Shown one piece after another: positions 28,143-37,937 of a stretch of DNA of 38,218 nt. Source of the stretch: Spirochaetota bacterium (lineage in GTDB: Bacteria; Spirochaetota; UBA4802; JAFGDQ01). The stretch spans positions 1 to 38,218 of the forward strand of contig JAZDKB010000052.1 of assembly GCA_043803405.1 (NCBI GenBank), in the 5' to 3' direction. Every line of letters starts with the position of its first letter. Within the stretch, counting starts at the first letter, position 1. The translations under genes were made by a program, and so were the position numbers. The notes beneath the pieces were generated by a model. That model was given only the letters and a program-made list of their open reading frames with translations. It made no database searches and was not told the origin of the DNA.

Positions 28143-28428
28143 ATTAATTGTAAAATACTACCCGCAATTTATCTGAGTATTTTTGCGATCACTTCGTTTA
28201 ATCCTGAATGAACTACTGAAGCACTTAATCATACATATACATATATGTGTGCAATTATTACAATTATATTACAGCAATATTTCATCAATGTTAATTAAAA
28301 TAAGAATATAAGGCATTCAGTTTCAAAAAATTGACATTATTGTACCCCATCATAAAACAATGTAACATATTTGAAACAAATCCAAATCATATTTTAAAAT
28401 CAGTCCTAATTTACATCGGAGGCTTTTA

Positions 28429-29658
28429 ATGATTAATCAAGCTGATACAGTCTGGATGCTTATAGCAACAGCAATGGTAATGATTATGACACCTACACTT
28501 GCCTTCTTCTATGGCGGGCTTGTGAGAAAAAAAAATATTCTTTCTGTTTTGATGCAGTGCATGGTAATGCTCTGTATTATCTCTGTACAATGGGTGCTGT
28601 TCGGATATAGTCTTGCATTCGGTCCGGATAAAAATGGCCTAATCGGCGGACTTGAGTGGCTCGGGCTTAACAATGTCGGGCTTATTCCGAATAATGATTA
28701 TTTTAATACGATCCCTCATCTACTATTTATGGGCTTTCAGATGATGTTCGCGGTAATCACACCGGCTCTAATGATCGGCGCTTTTGTTGAAAGAATCAAG
28801 TTTAAAGGCTTTCTTGTTTTTTCGGTTTTATGGGCGACATTGATTTACGATCCGCTTGCTCACTGGATATGGGCAAAGGGAGGATGGCTTTGCCAAATGG
28901 GCGCTCTTGATTTTGCCGGCGGTACTGTTATTCATTTAAGCGCGGGTGTTGCCGCTCTTGTATTTATTTTGCTCATGGGAAAGCGTTCAGGAAACAACGC
29001 TAATCGTTCACCGCACAACCTGCCTTTCGCGGTTCTCGGCACAGGATTTCTCTGGTTCGGCTGGTTCGGCTTTAACGCCGGAAGCGCCGGGGCAGCTAAT
29101 TCGGTAGCAGTTGCGGCATTCATTAATACAAATACCGCTGCCGCAGCAGGCGGTTTATTATGGATGATTCTTGACTGGAAGATGAATCAGGTTCCGACTA
29201 TGCTAGGCCTCGCGACAGGCATTGTTGCAGGCCTAGCGGCAGTAACTCCAGGCGCCGGTTATGTTACACCTCTTTCAGCGTTATTAATAGGGTGTATGTC
29301 GAGTATTATTTGTTTCTTTTTTGTTTCCAGAATCAAGAAATATTTCGGCTATGATGACGCTCTCGATGTATTCGGAGTACATGGAATTGCAGGTATTTTA
29401 GGCACTTTGGCAGTCGGATTATTTGCTACGAAAACCGTCAATCCCGGAGGAGCCGACGGGCTCTTTTACGGCAATGCTCATCAATTGGCAATACAGTCGC
29501 TGATGGTAGCTGTCGCAATAGTATTTGTAGCAATCGGTACAACTATTATTTATAAGCTAGTCGATATCCTAATCGGAATGAGAGTTGGGAATGATGACGA
29601 GTATATTGGGCTTGATCTTACACAACATCACGAAGCCGGTTATACGCTAGTTGACTAA
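28429..29658 (+). CDS. amtB: Ammonium transporter
   Basis: FFYGGLVR, FQMMFA, DFAGGTVIH, LWFGWFGFNAGS, DDALDVFGVHG; twin His retained; SD GGAGG. Confidence 0.97.
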   Translation: MINQADTVWMLIATAMVMIMTPTLAFFYGGLVRKKNILSVLMQCMVMLCIISVQWVLFGYSLAFGPDKNGLIGGLEWLGLNNVGLIPNNDYFNTIPHLLFMGFQMMFAVITPALMIGAFVERIKFKGFLVFSVLWATLIYDPLAHWIWAKGGWLCQMGALDFAGGTVIHLSAGVAALVFILLMGKRSGNNANRSPHNLPFAVLGTGFLWFGWFGFNAGSAGAANSVAVAAFINTNTAAAAGGLLWMILDWKMNQVPTMLGLATGIVAGLAAVTPGAGYVTPLSALLIGCMSSIICFFFVSRIKKYFGYDDALDVFGVHGIAGILGTLAVGLFATKTVNPGGADGLFYGNAHQLAIQSLMVAVAIVFVAIGTTIIYKLVDILIGMRVGNDDEYIGLDLTQHHEAGYTLVD

Positions 29659-29695
29659 ATAAATATGATACTATTGAACAGGAGAATACAAATCG

Positions 29696-30037
29696 ATGAA
29701 ATATATAATTGCAATAATAAGACCGCACAAACTGGAAGCTGTAAAAAAGGAACTGGAGAATGAGGAAGTCCATCTTCTCACAGTTTCGGACGCGCTGGGC
29801 TGCGGCAGGCAAAAAGGTATTACCGAAGTTTACAGAGGCGTAAAGGAAGTGGATAATCTTTTACGCAAAATAAAAATCGAAATAGCAGTCAATGAAGATT
29901 TTGTTGATAAAACAATAAACGCGATAATACGCGGAGCGAAAGAAGGCCAGATTGGTGACGGGAAAATCTTTGTAATGGATCTTCATGAATGCATAAGAAT
30001 CAGAACCGGCGAAAAAGGCAGGGAAGCTATCGGATAA
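29696..30037 (+). CDS. glnK: PII nitrogen regulatory protein
   Basis: AIIRP.KL, GRQKG...YRG T-loop, [17 protein letters not shown]; adjacent to amtB. Confidence 0.93.
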   Translation: MKYIIAIIRPHKLEAVKKELENEEVHLLTVSDALGCGRQKGITEVYRGVKEVDNLLRKIKIEIAVNEDFVDKTINAIIRGAKEGQIGDGKIFVMDLHECIRIRTGEKGREAIG

Positions 30038-30139
30038 GTTATAGCTGGAACCATACAGCAAAAAATTCTCTTGGGAATTCCTGATAAAAATCAACATTTA
30101 GACCTTAAAGCGCTTAATTCAATCAAATACATTTTTTCA

Positions 30140-30169
30140 TTGACAAAAATGCAAATATCTTCCTATTAT
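30140..30169 (+). promoter_or_regulatory. Putative sigma70 promoter for the large hypothetical gene
   Basis: TTGACA (30140-30145)-18 nt-TATTAT (30164-30169). Confidence 0.5.
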
Positions 30170-30350
30170 ATCTGAAGGTTTAAAATTCCTTCAATATCTT
30201 CGTAATCGATCTGCCGATATAATAAATAAATTTGTTAAAAATTTAAATATGTTCAGGCAATCATTAATCAATCGAATCAGATACTACTTCAGAATTGCAT
30301 TAAAATATTGTTATATGTAATAATCATTGGTTACATACAGAGTCCTGAAA

Positions 30351-32192
30351 ATGAAAAAAATCGATAAAACCAAACAAAATATAGGTATATCAAAGCTCGA
30401 TGAACAAACCAGAAAAAAATTATATAATGATTTTGTTGAAGCTGGTGGAGAAGTAATTGATGAAAAAGAAAAACGCGGATTTACAGATTTTAACCGCGAC
30501 ATGCAAAAAAAATTCAAAGAGCAGTCGGATCAGTCCAGAAAACAAATCAAAACACAGCAGGATAATTCAGATTACAATTATACAGCCTATAAATCATTAA
30601 AAAACACGCCTGATATAAAAGTAAAATATAATCTTCCAAAGACATCCCCAAACAGCGAAATAAGCCGGTTCCGTCTTTCGATTCAACGCTTTATAATAAG
30701 AATGCGATTGTTTTTAATGAATGTTACTGACTTTACAGGTTATTACTTTACAGTTAAATTTTTTGAAAAATATGATTATGATTATAAGTCTTCTTTGTTG
30801 TATATGCAGACTACTTATTTAAATCTATTCAAACAGAATCTGCGTAACGGACAAAAAATTATTGATTACCTGGATAATATGCACCCCATATATTTCGAAC
30901 TTATAGAGCTGCTTTCGAATGTATTCGATAGAACTACAACGAACGAAATACTGGAACATTATAATAATTTTCCAGATGTCCCCCAGGAAATTAATGAGCT
31001 AAGAGAACCGTTTATCAGAATTTTCAAAAAACTCCATCCGCTGTCCCCCTATAAGGAAATTATCCTGACAGGGATCGAGAAAGCTTTGAGCCTTCAGTCG
31101 CGCATGGAAAATATTAAAGCATCTTATTACTCAGCAAACAGAAAAAAAATAAAAAACAGCGTTTATATAATTTTTGAAAAATTTTACAAACGTCTCTTCT
31201 GGCTTATGTGTCATTATGAAAGAAGAGTATTTTTATCGGATAAAGATATTGAAAATACCTTCTCGATATCGGCGGAAGACAGTCCGGGCAGAAGAAAACG
31301 GAATGCCTCAAAATCATTTGAACTTTCTTTTAACTATGACGCAGCCTTTAATGATATTAAAGCAACAGATGATGAAGAAAAAGCCGAGGATATAGAAAAT
31401 ATTTCTAATCACGTTAAATCCGGCCTTGATTTTATGAATAAAATCGATATGGATAAAAGTTATGAAATTTCGGGAAAAAACAGGACATTTAAAGTAGTTA
31501 ATAAAAATGATAAAATATTTATTACAAATATATTATTCGATGAATTCGATAAGGAATTTTCGTTTATCCTTACAACAAATAAAATAAAATACAATGCTAT
31601 TTCCAAATCATCCGGCGATATGGACTATAAAAGTAAATTCGTAAGTATTTATAATGAGATCGGGAAATGCAAAAACCGGATACAGGATTACGCAAGTACG
31701 CTTGCTGCGTTTGAAAAATTAAAACGGGAGAAACCTATAAGCAACAGTCAATTCATTGAATATTCAAACAGGCTTTCAGCCCTGGAAAAGGAAAGAAACC
31801 AAACCGGCGACAATACAAGAATTTATATCAGCGCATTTTTCGAAAAGCTGTGCAGAGAATTAAAAATATTGATAGAAGACATGGAGCGCGCAAATAGTAT
31901 TATAATTAATCCCGATGATATAATAATTTTCGAGACCGCTATTGAAGGCGACAAAAAATTAAACGCTAAGAATGTGCGTGAAATATTAAATATTACTTAT
32001 GATTATGCAACGGCCTTTATTTACAGGTTAAATCCGGGCGGAGATCTAAGCGGCAGTATTAACTTTGTCGAGGACAATGAAAAACAAGTTAATACGAATA
32101 TCTCAAAAGAGAACAAGCGCAATAATGAAAAAAATCAAAAAGAAGCTAAAACAAAAGAATCCATTCTGAAAGAACTGGACGATCTGCTGTAA
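30351..32192 (+). CDS. Hypothetical soluble alpha-helical protein (~613 aa)
   Basis: Long uninterrupted ORF; likely start ATG 30351 (MKKIDKTK); no TM segment or recognisable catalytic motif. Confidence 0.8.
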   Translation: MKKIDKTKQNIGISKLDEQTRKKLYNDFVEAGGEVIDEKEKRGFTDFNRDMQKKFKEQSDQSRKQIKTQQDNSDYNYTAYKSLKNTPDIKVKYNLPKTSPNSEISRFRLSIQRFIIRMRLFLMNVTDFTGYYFTVKFFEKYDYDYKSSLLYMQTTYLNLFKQNLRNGQKIIDYLDNMHPIYFELIELLSNVFDRTTTNEILEHYNNFPDVPQEINELREPFIRIFKKLHPLSPYKEIILTGIEKALSLQSRMENIKASYYSANRKKIKNSVYIIFEKFYKRLFWLMCHYERRVFLSDKDIENTFSISAEDSPGRRKRNASKSFELSFNYDAAFNDIKATDDEEKAEDIENISNHVKSGLDFMNKIDMDKSYEISGKNRTFKVVNKNDKIFITNILFDEFDKEFSFILTTNKIKYNAISKSSGDMDYKSKFVSIYNEIGKCKNRIQDYASTLAAFEKLKREKPISNSQFIEYSNRLSALEKERNQTGDNTRIYISAFFEKLCRELKILIEDMERANSIIINPDDIIIFETAIEGDKKLNAKNVREILNITYDYATAFIYRLNPGGDLSGSINFVEDNEKQVNTNISKENKRNNEKNQKEAKTKESILKELDDLL

Positions 32193-32214
32193 TTCTTATT
32201 AACTAAAAATTTAA

Positions 32215-32490
32215 CTATACTTTCTGAAAGCTTTTTAATAATATAAATACCTTTTCTTTAGTAAAACCTTTGATTGTTATCTGCTTTTTTTTGCTTTTTT
32301 CTCCTCTTATTATCTGAATATCCGATTTTGCGATACGCATTTGTTTTGAGAATATTTTTATTAACTCCTTGTTGGCTTTACCATCTTCCGGTGGAGAATT
32401 TAAAAATACTTTTATAATATCATCTTTAATAATTATTTCGGATCTTGATGATTTTGGAATTACCGCAATATCAATAACTTCATCCGTCAT
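32215..32490 (-). CDS. DUF167/YggU family protein
   Basis: VIPKSSRSEI...PPEDGKANKELI...IIRGEKSKKK signature. Confidence 0.9.
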   Translation of the reverse strand: MTDEVIDIAVIPKSSRSEIIIKDDIIKVFLNSPPEDGKANKELIKIFSKQMRIAKSDIQIIRGEKSKKKQITIKGFTKEKVFILLKSFQKV

Positions 32491-32492
32491 AT

Positions 32493-32822
32493 TTAAAAAC
32501 TTTTAATAGCCATTTCTACTGTTTCGAAAATTTTAATAATCGAAGTGACTTTTGTCAGTTCCAGCACTTTTTTCACTTCAGGACTGGGACATGCAAGTCT
32601 AAATTTTGATTTTAAACCTTCGTTAATATTTAAAAAAATACCTATCCCTGAACTGGTGATTGTTTTTACCTCAGATAAATCAAGAACAACTTTTTTAATT
32701 TCATTGTTTAAAATGGTCTGCTGTATCTTTTCTTTTAAATCCGGAACATCCAGTGTATGAACTTCCGGTATCTTTACCTTAAGCACAAAAATGCCATCAC
32801 CTTTATCGGTAATCTCTATCAT
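32493..32822 (-). CDS. STAS-domain anti-sigma-factor antagonist
   Basis: Start ATG 32822 (SD AAGGAG); VVLDLSEVKTITSSGIG and VKKVLELTKV. Confidence 0.85.
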   Translation of the reverse strand: MIEITDKGDGIFVLKVKIPEVHTLDVPDLKEKIQQTILNNEIKKVVLDLSEVKTITSSGIGIFLNINEGLKSKFRLACPSPEVKKVLELTKVTSIIKIFETVEMAIKSF

Positions 32823-33173
32823 ACGATCTCCTTTATAAGTCAATCTATTCCGGCCAGAGGCGGGGATATACATTCCTTATGCAGCAAATTAAAGCTTTTT
32901 CATTTAACCGTTTCGAAAACAACGATTTTTTAAGCAATAAAAATTATATCATAAAATATTATAAAGGTCAATATTGTTTTTTTCACTATTTTTATCAATA
33001 AAAAAAAACAAAAAAACCTGATGAATGTAAAAATATATGACTTGACTAATTGTTTATTGTAATCTTAAACTATCTTTTATTGCAATTTAAATCCATCATA
33101 TATTGATATTTAATATATATGTGCATCCTATCATCCTATCTAGAATATTTAAATTAATTCCTGATTATATCAA

Positions 33174-33644
33174 ATGATCTTATCAACTCATTTAAAAAAA
33201 AATAATATAATATTAAAAACAAAATCTGCAGACAGATGGGAATTAATTGACGAGATGCTGGATTTAGCGATTAAAAATAATGACGTTAAGGCAGAACATA
33301 AAGAAAGTTTAAAAAAAGCTCTTTTTGACAGGGAAAAATCCATGAGCACGGGCATTGGCAGAGGTGTTGCCATACCCCACTGCACTACGGATATTGTTGA
33401 AGATCTGGTAATTGTACTGGCCATTTGTGAAAACGGAATCGACTTTGATTCTATTGACAGCATACCTGTACAAATCGCTATTTTCCTTCTTCTGCCGCGA
33501 AACAAGCTTAAACAACATATAAAAACACTTGCTAATATTGCAAAGCTTCTAAACTCAGAAGAGTTGAGAAATAATATCCTGCAAATAAAAAAACCTGAAG
33601 CAATAATCAAAACAATTAAAAATTTTGAAAAAGAACAGATCTGA
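33174..33644 (+). CDS. PTS EIIA component (fructose/mannitol/Ntr type)
   Basis: REKSMSTGIGRGVAIPH phospho-His motif; GIDFDSID; HIKTLANIAKLL. Confidence 0.92.
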   Translation: MILSTHLKKNNIILKTKSADRWELIDEMLDLAIKNNDVKAEHKESLKKALFDREKSMSTGIGRGVAIPHCTTDIVEDLVIVLAICENGIDFDSIDSIPVQIAIFLLLPRNKLKQHIKTLANIAKLLNSEELRNNILQIKKPEAIIKTIKNFEKEQI

Positions 33645-33650
33645 CCGCAG

Positions 33651-34703
33651 ATGGAAATATCGCCAAAGTTGACAAGCGCATATAAAACAGAAGAAGACGA
33701 AGATGACCGCTCGCTACGCCCGGGGAATTTCAGCGAATTCATCGGTCAGATAAAAACTATTGATAATCTAAAAGTATTCATTCAATCGGCAAAAATAAGA
33801 AAGGAGCCGCTGGATCACGTTCTGTTAGCCGGACCTCCGGGACTGGGGAAAACAACGCTTGCGTTCATCACAGCGCGGGAACTCGGAGTAAACATAAAAG
33901 CAACCTCTGCTCCCATCATCGATAAATCCGGAGACATGGCTTCAATTCTTACCGGGCTAGAAGAGAACGACGTTCTGTTTATCGACGAAATTCACAGGCT
34001 TTCCCCTGCCATTGAAGAAATTCTATACCCGGCAATGGAAGACAGGTCGATCGACATTATAATCGGCCAGGGCATCGGTGCTAAATCAATCAAAATCGAT
34101 CTTTCTCCCTTTACACTGATAGGAGCGACAACCCGGACAGGGCTTTTAACTTCAGCTTTACGCGACAGATTCGGCATCCCTTTACGGCTTAATTATTATG
34201 AGCATGAAGACCTGCAGCAGATAGTAAAGCGTTCCGCGAGAATAATCCACAGCAGAATAAATGACGACGCAGCTATGGAGCTGGCGAAAAGATCGCGCAA
34301 AACTCCGCGTATCGTAAACAGGCTGCTTAAAAGAGTTGCCGATTTTGCGTTAGTAGAAGGGCTTGATGAAATCGATATTAAAATCACAAAGTATGCTTTA
34401 AATAAGCTCGATATTGATTCCGCAGGTCTTGACGATATGGACAGAAAAATACTGCGGACAATTATCGACAACTACAACGGCGGCCCTGTCGGGTTAAAAA
34501 CTATCGCAATATCAGTTGGTGAAGAAGCTGATACTCTTGAGGATTTTTACGAGCCGTTTCTCGTCCAGTCTGGATTTCTGAATCGAACTCCAAGGGGAAG
34601 AGAAGCAGCGAAAAATGCTTATGAGCATCTGGGAATAAAATATTTCAATAAAAACAACCGGGAAAAAGAGCAGTCTTTATTTGCAGACGAAGAAAGCGAG
34701 TAA
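33651..34703 (+). CDS. ruvB: Holliday junction branch migration ATPase RuvB
   Basis: [42 protein letters not shown]. Confidence 0.98.
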   Translation: MEISPKLTSAYKTEEDEDDRSLRPGNFSEFIGQIKTIDNLKVFIQSAKIRKEPLDHVLLAGPPGLGKTTLAFITARELGVNIKATSAPIIDKSGDMASILTGLEENDVLFIDEIHRLSPAIEEILYPAMEDRSIDIIIGQGIGAKSIKIDLSPFTLIGATTRTGLLTSALRDRFGIPLRLNYYEHEDLQQIVKRSARIIHSRINDDAAMELAKRSRKTPRIVNRLLKRVADFALVEGLDEIDIKITKYALNKLDIDSAGLDDMDRKILRTIIDNYNGGPVGLKTIAISVGEEADTLEDFYEPFLVQSGFLNRTPRGREAAKNAYEHLGIKYFNKNNREKEQSLFADEESE

Positions 34704-34707
34704 TTGC

Positions 34708-34753
34708 TTAGAGTGCGTCCAAAAACCTGATATTAAATCGTATTTAACTCTAA
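34708..34753. repeat. Truncated second copy of the MITE-like element
   Basis: AGAGTGCGTCCAAAAACCT (34710-34728) matches 12837-12855 at 15/19, followed by ATCGTA at a similar spacing; between convergent ruvB and kdsB. Confidence 0.4.
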
Positions 34754-34785
34754 TATACTTTAAACTTAAAAGCCTCGTGATAATT

Positions 34786-35538
34786 CTACTTGTTTTTATT
34801 CTTTAAAATATTTTCTACTTTTATTACATCTGCCGGAACATCTACCGCAACACAGTTATACTCGACGATTGAAACATGAATGGCAAATCCGTTTTCAAGA
34901 GCCCTTAGCTGCTCAAGAGACTCCGCCAACTCCAGAGGAGAAGGTTTAAGTGCGACGAATTTTTTTAAAAATTCTTTTTTATAACCATAAATACCGATAT
35001 GTTTAAAATATCCGGCCGGAATATTTCCATTGCCGGTTGTCACATTAAGGCTATTGAGGCTGTATGGAATCTTTGACCTCGAAAAATACAGCGCTCTGCC
35101 GTTCCCGGCAAACACTACCTTTACAACATTAGGATTATCTATTTCGCTGGTGCTGTAAATACCCACTGCTGCAGTTGTTATATCTGCCCATGTATTATTT
35201 GTTAAAGCCGAAGATACTGCTACGATGACTGCGGGATCTATCAATGGCTCATCGCCCTGAATGTTTATCACTGCGTCGCAGTCTTCGTTCAAGGATGCTT
35301 CGGCTATCCTGTCTGTTCCCGAATGATGTTCTCCGGTCATCACTGCGTTCCCGCCGAATGCAAGCACTTCGTCTTTTATTCTTTCATCATCCGTGGCAAC
35401 AATTATTTTTTCAAGTCCAGCCCTTTCAGCCTGCCGGTATACTCTTTCGATTAACGTCTTTCCCGCGATTTTCGCAAGTGGCTTGCCCGGAAATCTGCTG
35501 GAGCCATATCTCGCAGGGATTATTCCTGTTATTCTCAT
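34786..35538 (-). CDS. kdsB: 3-deoxy-manno-octulosonate cytidylyltransferase
   Basis: Start re-assigned to ATG 35538 (MRITGIIPARYGSSRFPGKPL); SGTDR, NIQGDEP, LYFSRS.IP, HIGIYGY, ESLEQLRAL. Confidence 0.96.
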   Translation of the reverse strand: MRITGIIPARYGSSRFPGKPLAKIAGKTLIERVYRQAERAGLEKIIVATDDERIKDEVLAFGGNAVMTGEHHSGTDRIAEASLNEDCDAVINIQGDEPLIDPAVIVAVSSALTNNTWADITTAAVGIYSTSEIDNPNVVKVVFAGNGRALYFSRSKIPYSLNSLNVTTGNGNIPAGYFKHIGIYGYKKEFLKKFVALKPSPLELAESLEQLRALENGFAIHVSIVEYNCVAVDVPADVIKVENILKNKNK

Positions 35539-35540
35539 GA

Positions 35541-37937
35541 TTATCTTACCGTAATTATTGAGTTCATCCCAATCTCCAGAGCCTTTTGCATTTCCATTGG
35601 TTTTCCGGTATACCATCCCTGGGAAAGATCACAATTGATTCCCTTCAGGAGTGCAGCCTGTTCTTTAGTTTCAACTCCTTCGGCTATGACTTTAATCCCA
35701 AGATTATGCGCAATATTAATTATTGAACCAACAATGGAAACACTTTTTTCATCACAATCGATCCCCAGTATAAAGCTTTTATCGAGTTTAAGAATATCAA
35801 TCGGCAGGCTCCGCAAATAAGAAAGAGAAGAATACCCTGTTCCGAAATCGTCTAGTGAAATTAAATAACCATTGGACCGCAGCAAATGCAATATCTGAAT
35901 TGTTGAATCAAATGATTCAAGCAGAGTTGATTCCGTAATTTCAATTGCAATAGCAGATGGAGAAATATTATATTTTGAAATAGCAGAAGATAGCATATTT
36001 TGCAAAGCGTCATCCATGAACTGAATCGGAGAAACATTAACCGATACATGCCAGCCTCCGGAATAGCCGATTTCTGAAATTAAGGCTGCCGATGCATTCA
36101 GAACACAGTCGAATATTTTATTTATAGCACCGGTTTTCTCGGCAATCGGAATAAAGTCGGCAGGGCTGACACTGCCGAGTTTTTTATCTGTCCAGCGTGC
36201 AAGAGCTTCAAATCCCATAATATTGCCGCTTTTAAAATCAACCTGCGGCTGAAAATGGACGAACAAAGTATCTTCCAATCCGGGGGATCCAAGAGCCTCT
36301 TCTATCATGGCTTTCCTATGCACCTTTTCAGAAGTATACTGATTAAATATTTCAAAACGCCTGGTCGGATAACTCTTTGAGTTATCCATTGCGATCATAG
36401 CATTTCTTAAAAGTTCGTCATATCCTGATCCATGTTCAGGATATTTTGATGCACCAATTAAAACATTTACGCGCATCTCATGATTATAAAAAACCAATGG
36501 CCTGGAATCGTATGAGCATAATTCGGAAAATGATGCATATATTTCCTTCTCCTGGGATAACATGACGTCCGGCGGAATATATATAGAGAAAATACTTCCC
36601 GAAAATTTCGACACAATACATCCGGAATCCGAAAAGAAAGCAAGACGCTTGCTGAATGAACGCAGCATCTCATTGCCTGCTTCAAATCCTAAAACAGAGC
36701 TTATAAAAGAAAGATCCGATATTCTGATAGCTGCCAGCAATGCTCCATCCTGATCGCCGGATTTAAGCAACCCGGATACTATTTGAGCAAAAAGCCGTTC
36801 ATTAGGCAACTCGGTTATCTTATCAAAAAATGCATACTGATATATCTTTTCCTCTTTTTCCTTCAAATCTGTAATATCCTTGCCCTCCGCTATAAATAAT
36901 GAAGATTCTTTTCCTTCTTTATCAAGCGGATATATTGAAAAATGAATATTTCTGTCCTCGCCTTTTGAATTTCTGCTTATAATATGATATCTGTTTTTCA
37001 TGCCGTTCTTCACTTCCTTAATTGCCTTAATAAGTATATCTCGGGAACCGTGTATATCAGTCCATATTGGTAAATCTTCAAACAAACTGCCTTCAAAACT
37101 AGTTGCCGCATCTCCAATGAAACTATTTGCAGCATTATTTAACTCAACAATACGCAGACCCGAATCTAAAAGCGCTACCATGTAATCTATGTTGTTAAAC
37201 ATAGTTCTTAATCTATTTTCATTTATCTGAAGCAATTTCAGATTTTTTCTCATATAATAAAGCGAAATAGATGCAAGTATTACAACAAGAGACATAGCGA
37301 TACCTGCTCCGATAACTCGTTGGGAAAATTGTGGTTTAATTTCTTTATCCGCTCTATCTACATAAAGGCCTGTTCCTATTATACAATCAAGAGAAGGAAT
37401 TACCCTCACATAGCTTATCTTTTCGCCTTCGCTATCCTTGCCTGGTCTAAAACGATAATAAACAAAACCTCCTTTTTCATTTGCAGTTGCTGTTTGAATT
37501 ATTTTATTTATGAAATATTTCTTTTCATCATCATCATCTTTTTTATTAATAAGGTCTGTATCGTTATACTTACAGCTGACAGGATTCGCAAGCAACGTGC
37601 CGTTTTTTTTCAAAAGGAATATATAATTACTATGTGTTCCATCACGGTATCTCATTCTGCAAATAATTTCGACAAGCTGCTGAACAGCAATATTTGTGGT
37701 AATACATCCACTTAAATGCTGATCAATTACTGGAGAACAAGCAGAAAACGCAACGTCAGTTAACCTCACGAGTTCTTTTTCTTTTAATGTTTTATAAAAT
37801 TGATTAAAATGGCGGAGATGATAAACGTATAAACAAACAGGAGTAAAAAACAGGATAATAAATAAGCCGATTATTACGGAATACAGATAATTCCTTTTAC
37901 GTATATTCTTTTTATTGGAAACAAAATTCGTAAACAT
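35541..37937 (-). CDS. c-di-GMP phosphodiesterase (TM-Cache-TM-PAS-degenerate GGDEF-EAL)
   Basis: Periplasmic Cache-like segment (YIFLL...GGFVYY...KISYV...IGTGLY); PAS; GGDEF replaced by SGSIF; intact FEALARW, DDFGTGYSS, KLDKSF, AEGVE. Confidence 0.88.
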   Translation of the reverse strand: MFTNFVSNKKNIRKRNYLYSVIIGLFIILFFTPVCLYVYHLRHFNQFYKTLKEKELVRLTDVAFSACSPVIDQHLSGCITTNIAVQQLVEIICRMRYRDGTHSNYIFLLKKNGTLLANPVSCKYNDTDLINKKDDDDEKKYFINKIIQTATANEKGGFVYYRFRPGKDSEGEKISYVRVIPSLDCIIGTGLYVDRADKEIKPQFSQRVIGAGIAMSLVVILASISLYYMRKNLKLLQINENRLRTMFNNIDYMVALLDSGLRIVELNNAANSFIGDAATSFEGSLFEDLPIWTDIHGSRDILIKAIKEVKNGMKNRYHIISRNSKGEDRNIHFSIYPLDKEGKESSLFIAEGKDITDLKEKEEKIYQYAFFDKITELPNERLFAQIVSGLLKSGDQDGALLAAIRISDLSFISSVLGFEAGNEMLRSFSKRLAFFSDSGCIVSKFSGSIFSIYIPPDVMLSQEKEIYASFSELCSYDSRPLVFYNHEMRVNVLIGASKYPEHGSGYDELLRNAMIAMDNSKSYPTRRFEIFNQYTSEKVHRKAMIEEALGSPGLEDTLFVHFQPQVDFKSGNIMGFEALARWTDKKLGSVSPADFIPIAEKTGAINKIFDCVLNASAALISEIGYSGGWHVSVNVSPIQFMDDALQNMLSSAISKYNISPSAIAIEITESTLLESFDSTIQILHLLRSNGYLISLDDFGTGYSSLSYLRSLPIDILKLDKSFILGIDCDEKSVSIVGSIINIAHNLGIKVIAEGVETKEQAALLKGINCDLSQGWYTGKPMEMQKALEIGMNSIITVR

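Noticed and set aside
28311..28325. Possible sigma54 promoter for amtB (AGGCATTCAGTTTCA)
   Set aside because: The essential -12 GC is TC, and a TTGACA lies just downstream.
28351..28378. Possible GlnR/TnrA box before amtB (TGTAACATATTTGAAACA)
   Set aside because: The spacing is TGT-N12-ACA and does not fit TGTNA-N7-TNACA. It cannot be assigned to a regulator.
33188..33742. 184-aa antisense ORF (and similar ones opposite ftsZ, murC, murE and the M16 peptidase)
   Set aside because: These are shadow ORFs opposite conserved genes, with no recognisable motifs.
35539..35616. N-terminal extension of KdsB
   Set aside because: It overlaps the PDE 3' end; the family N-terminus starts at ATG 35538.
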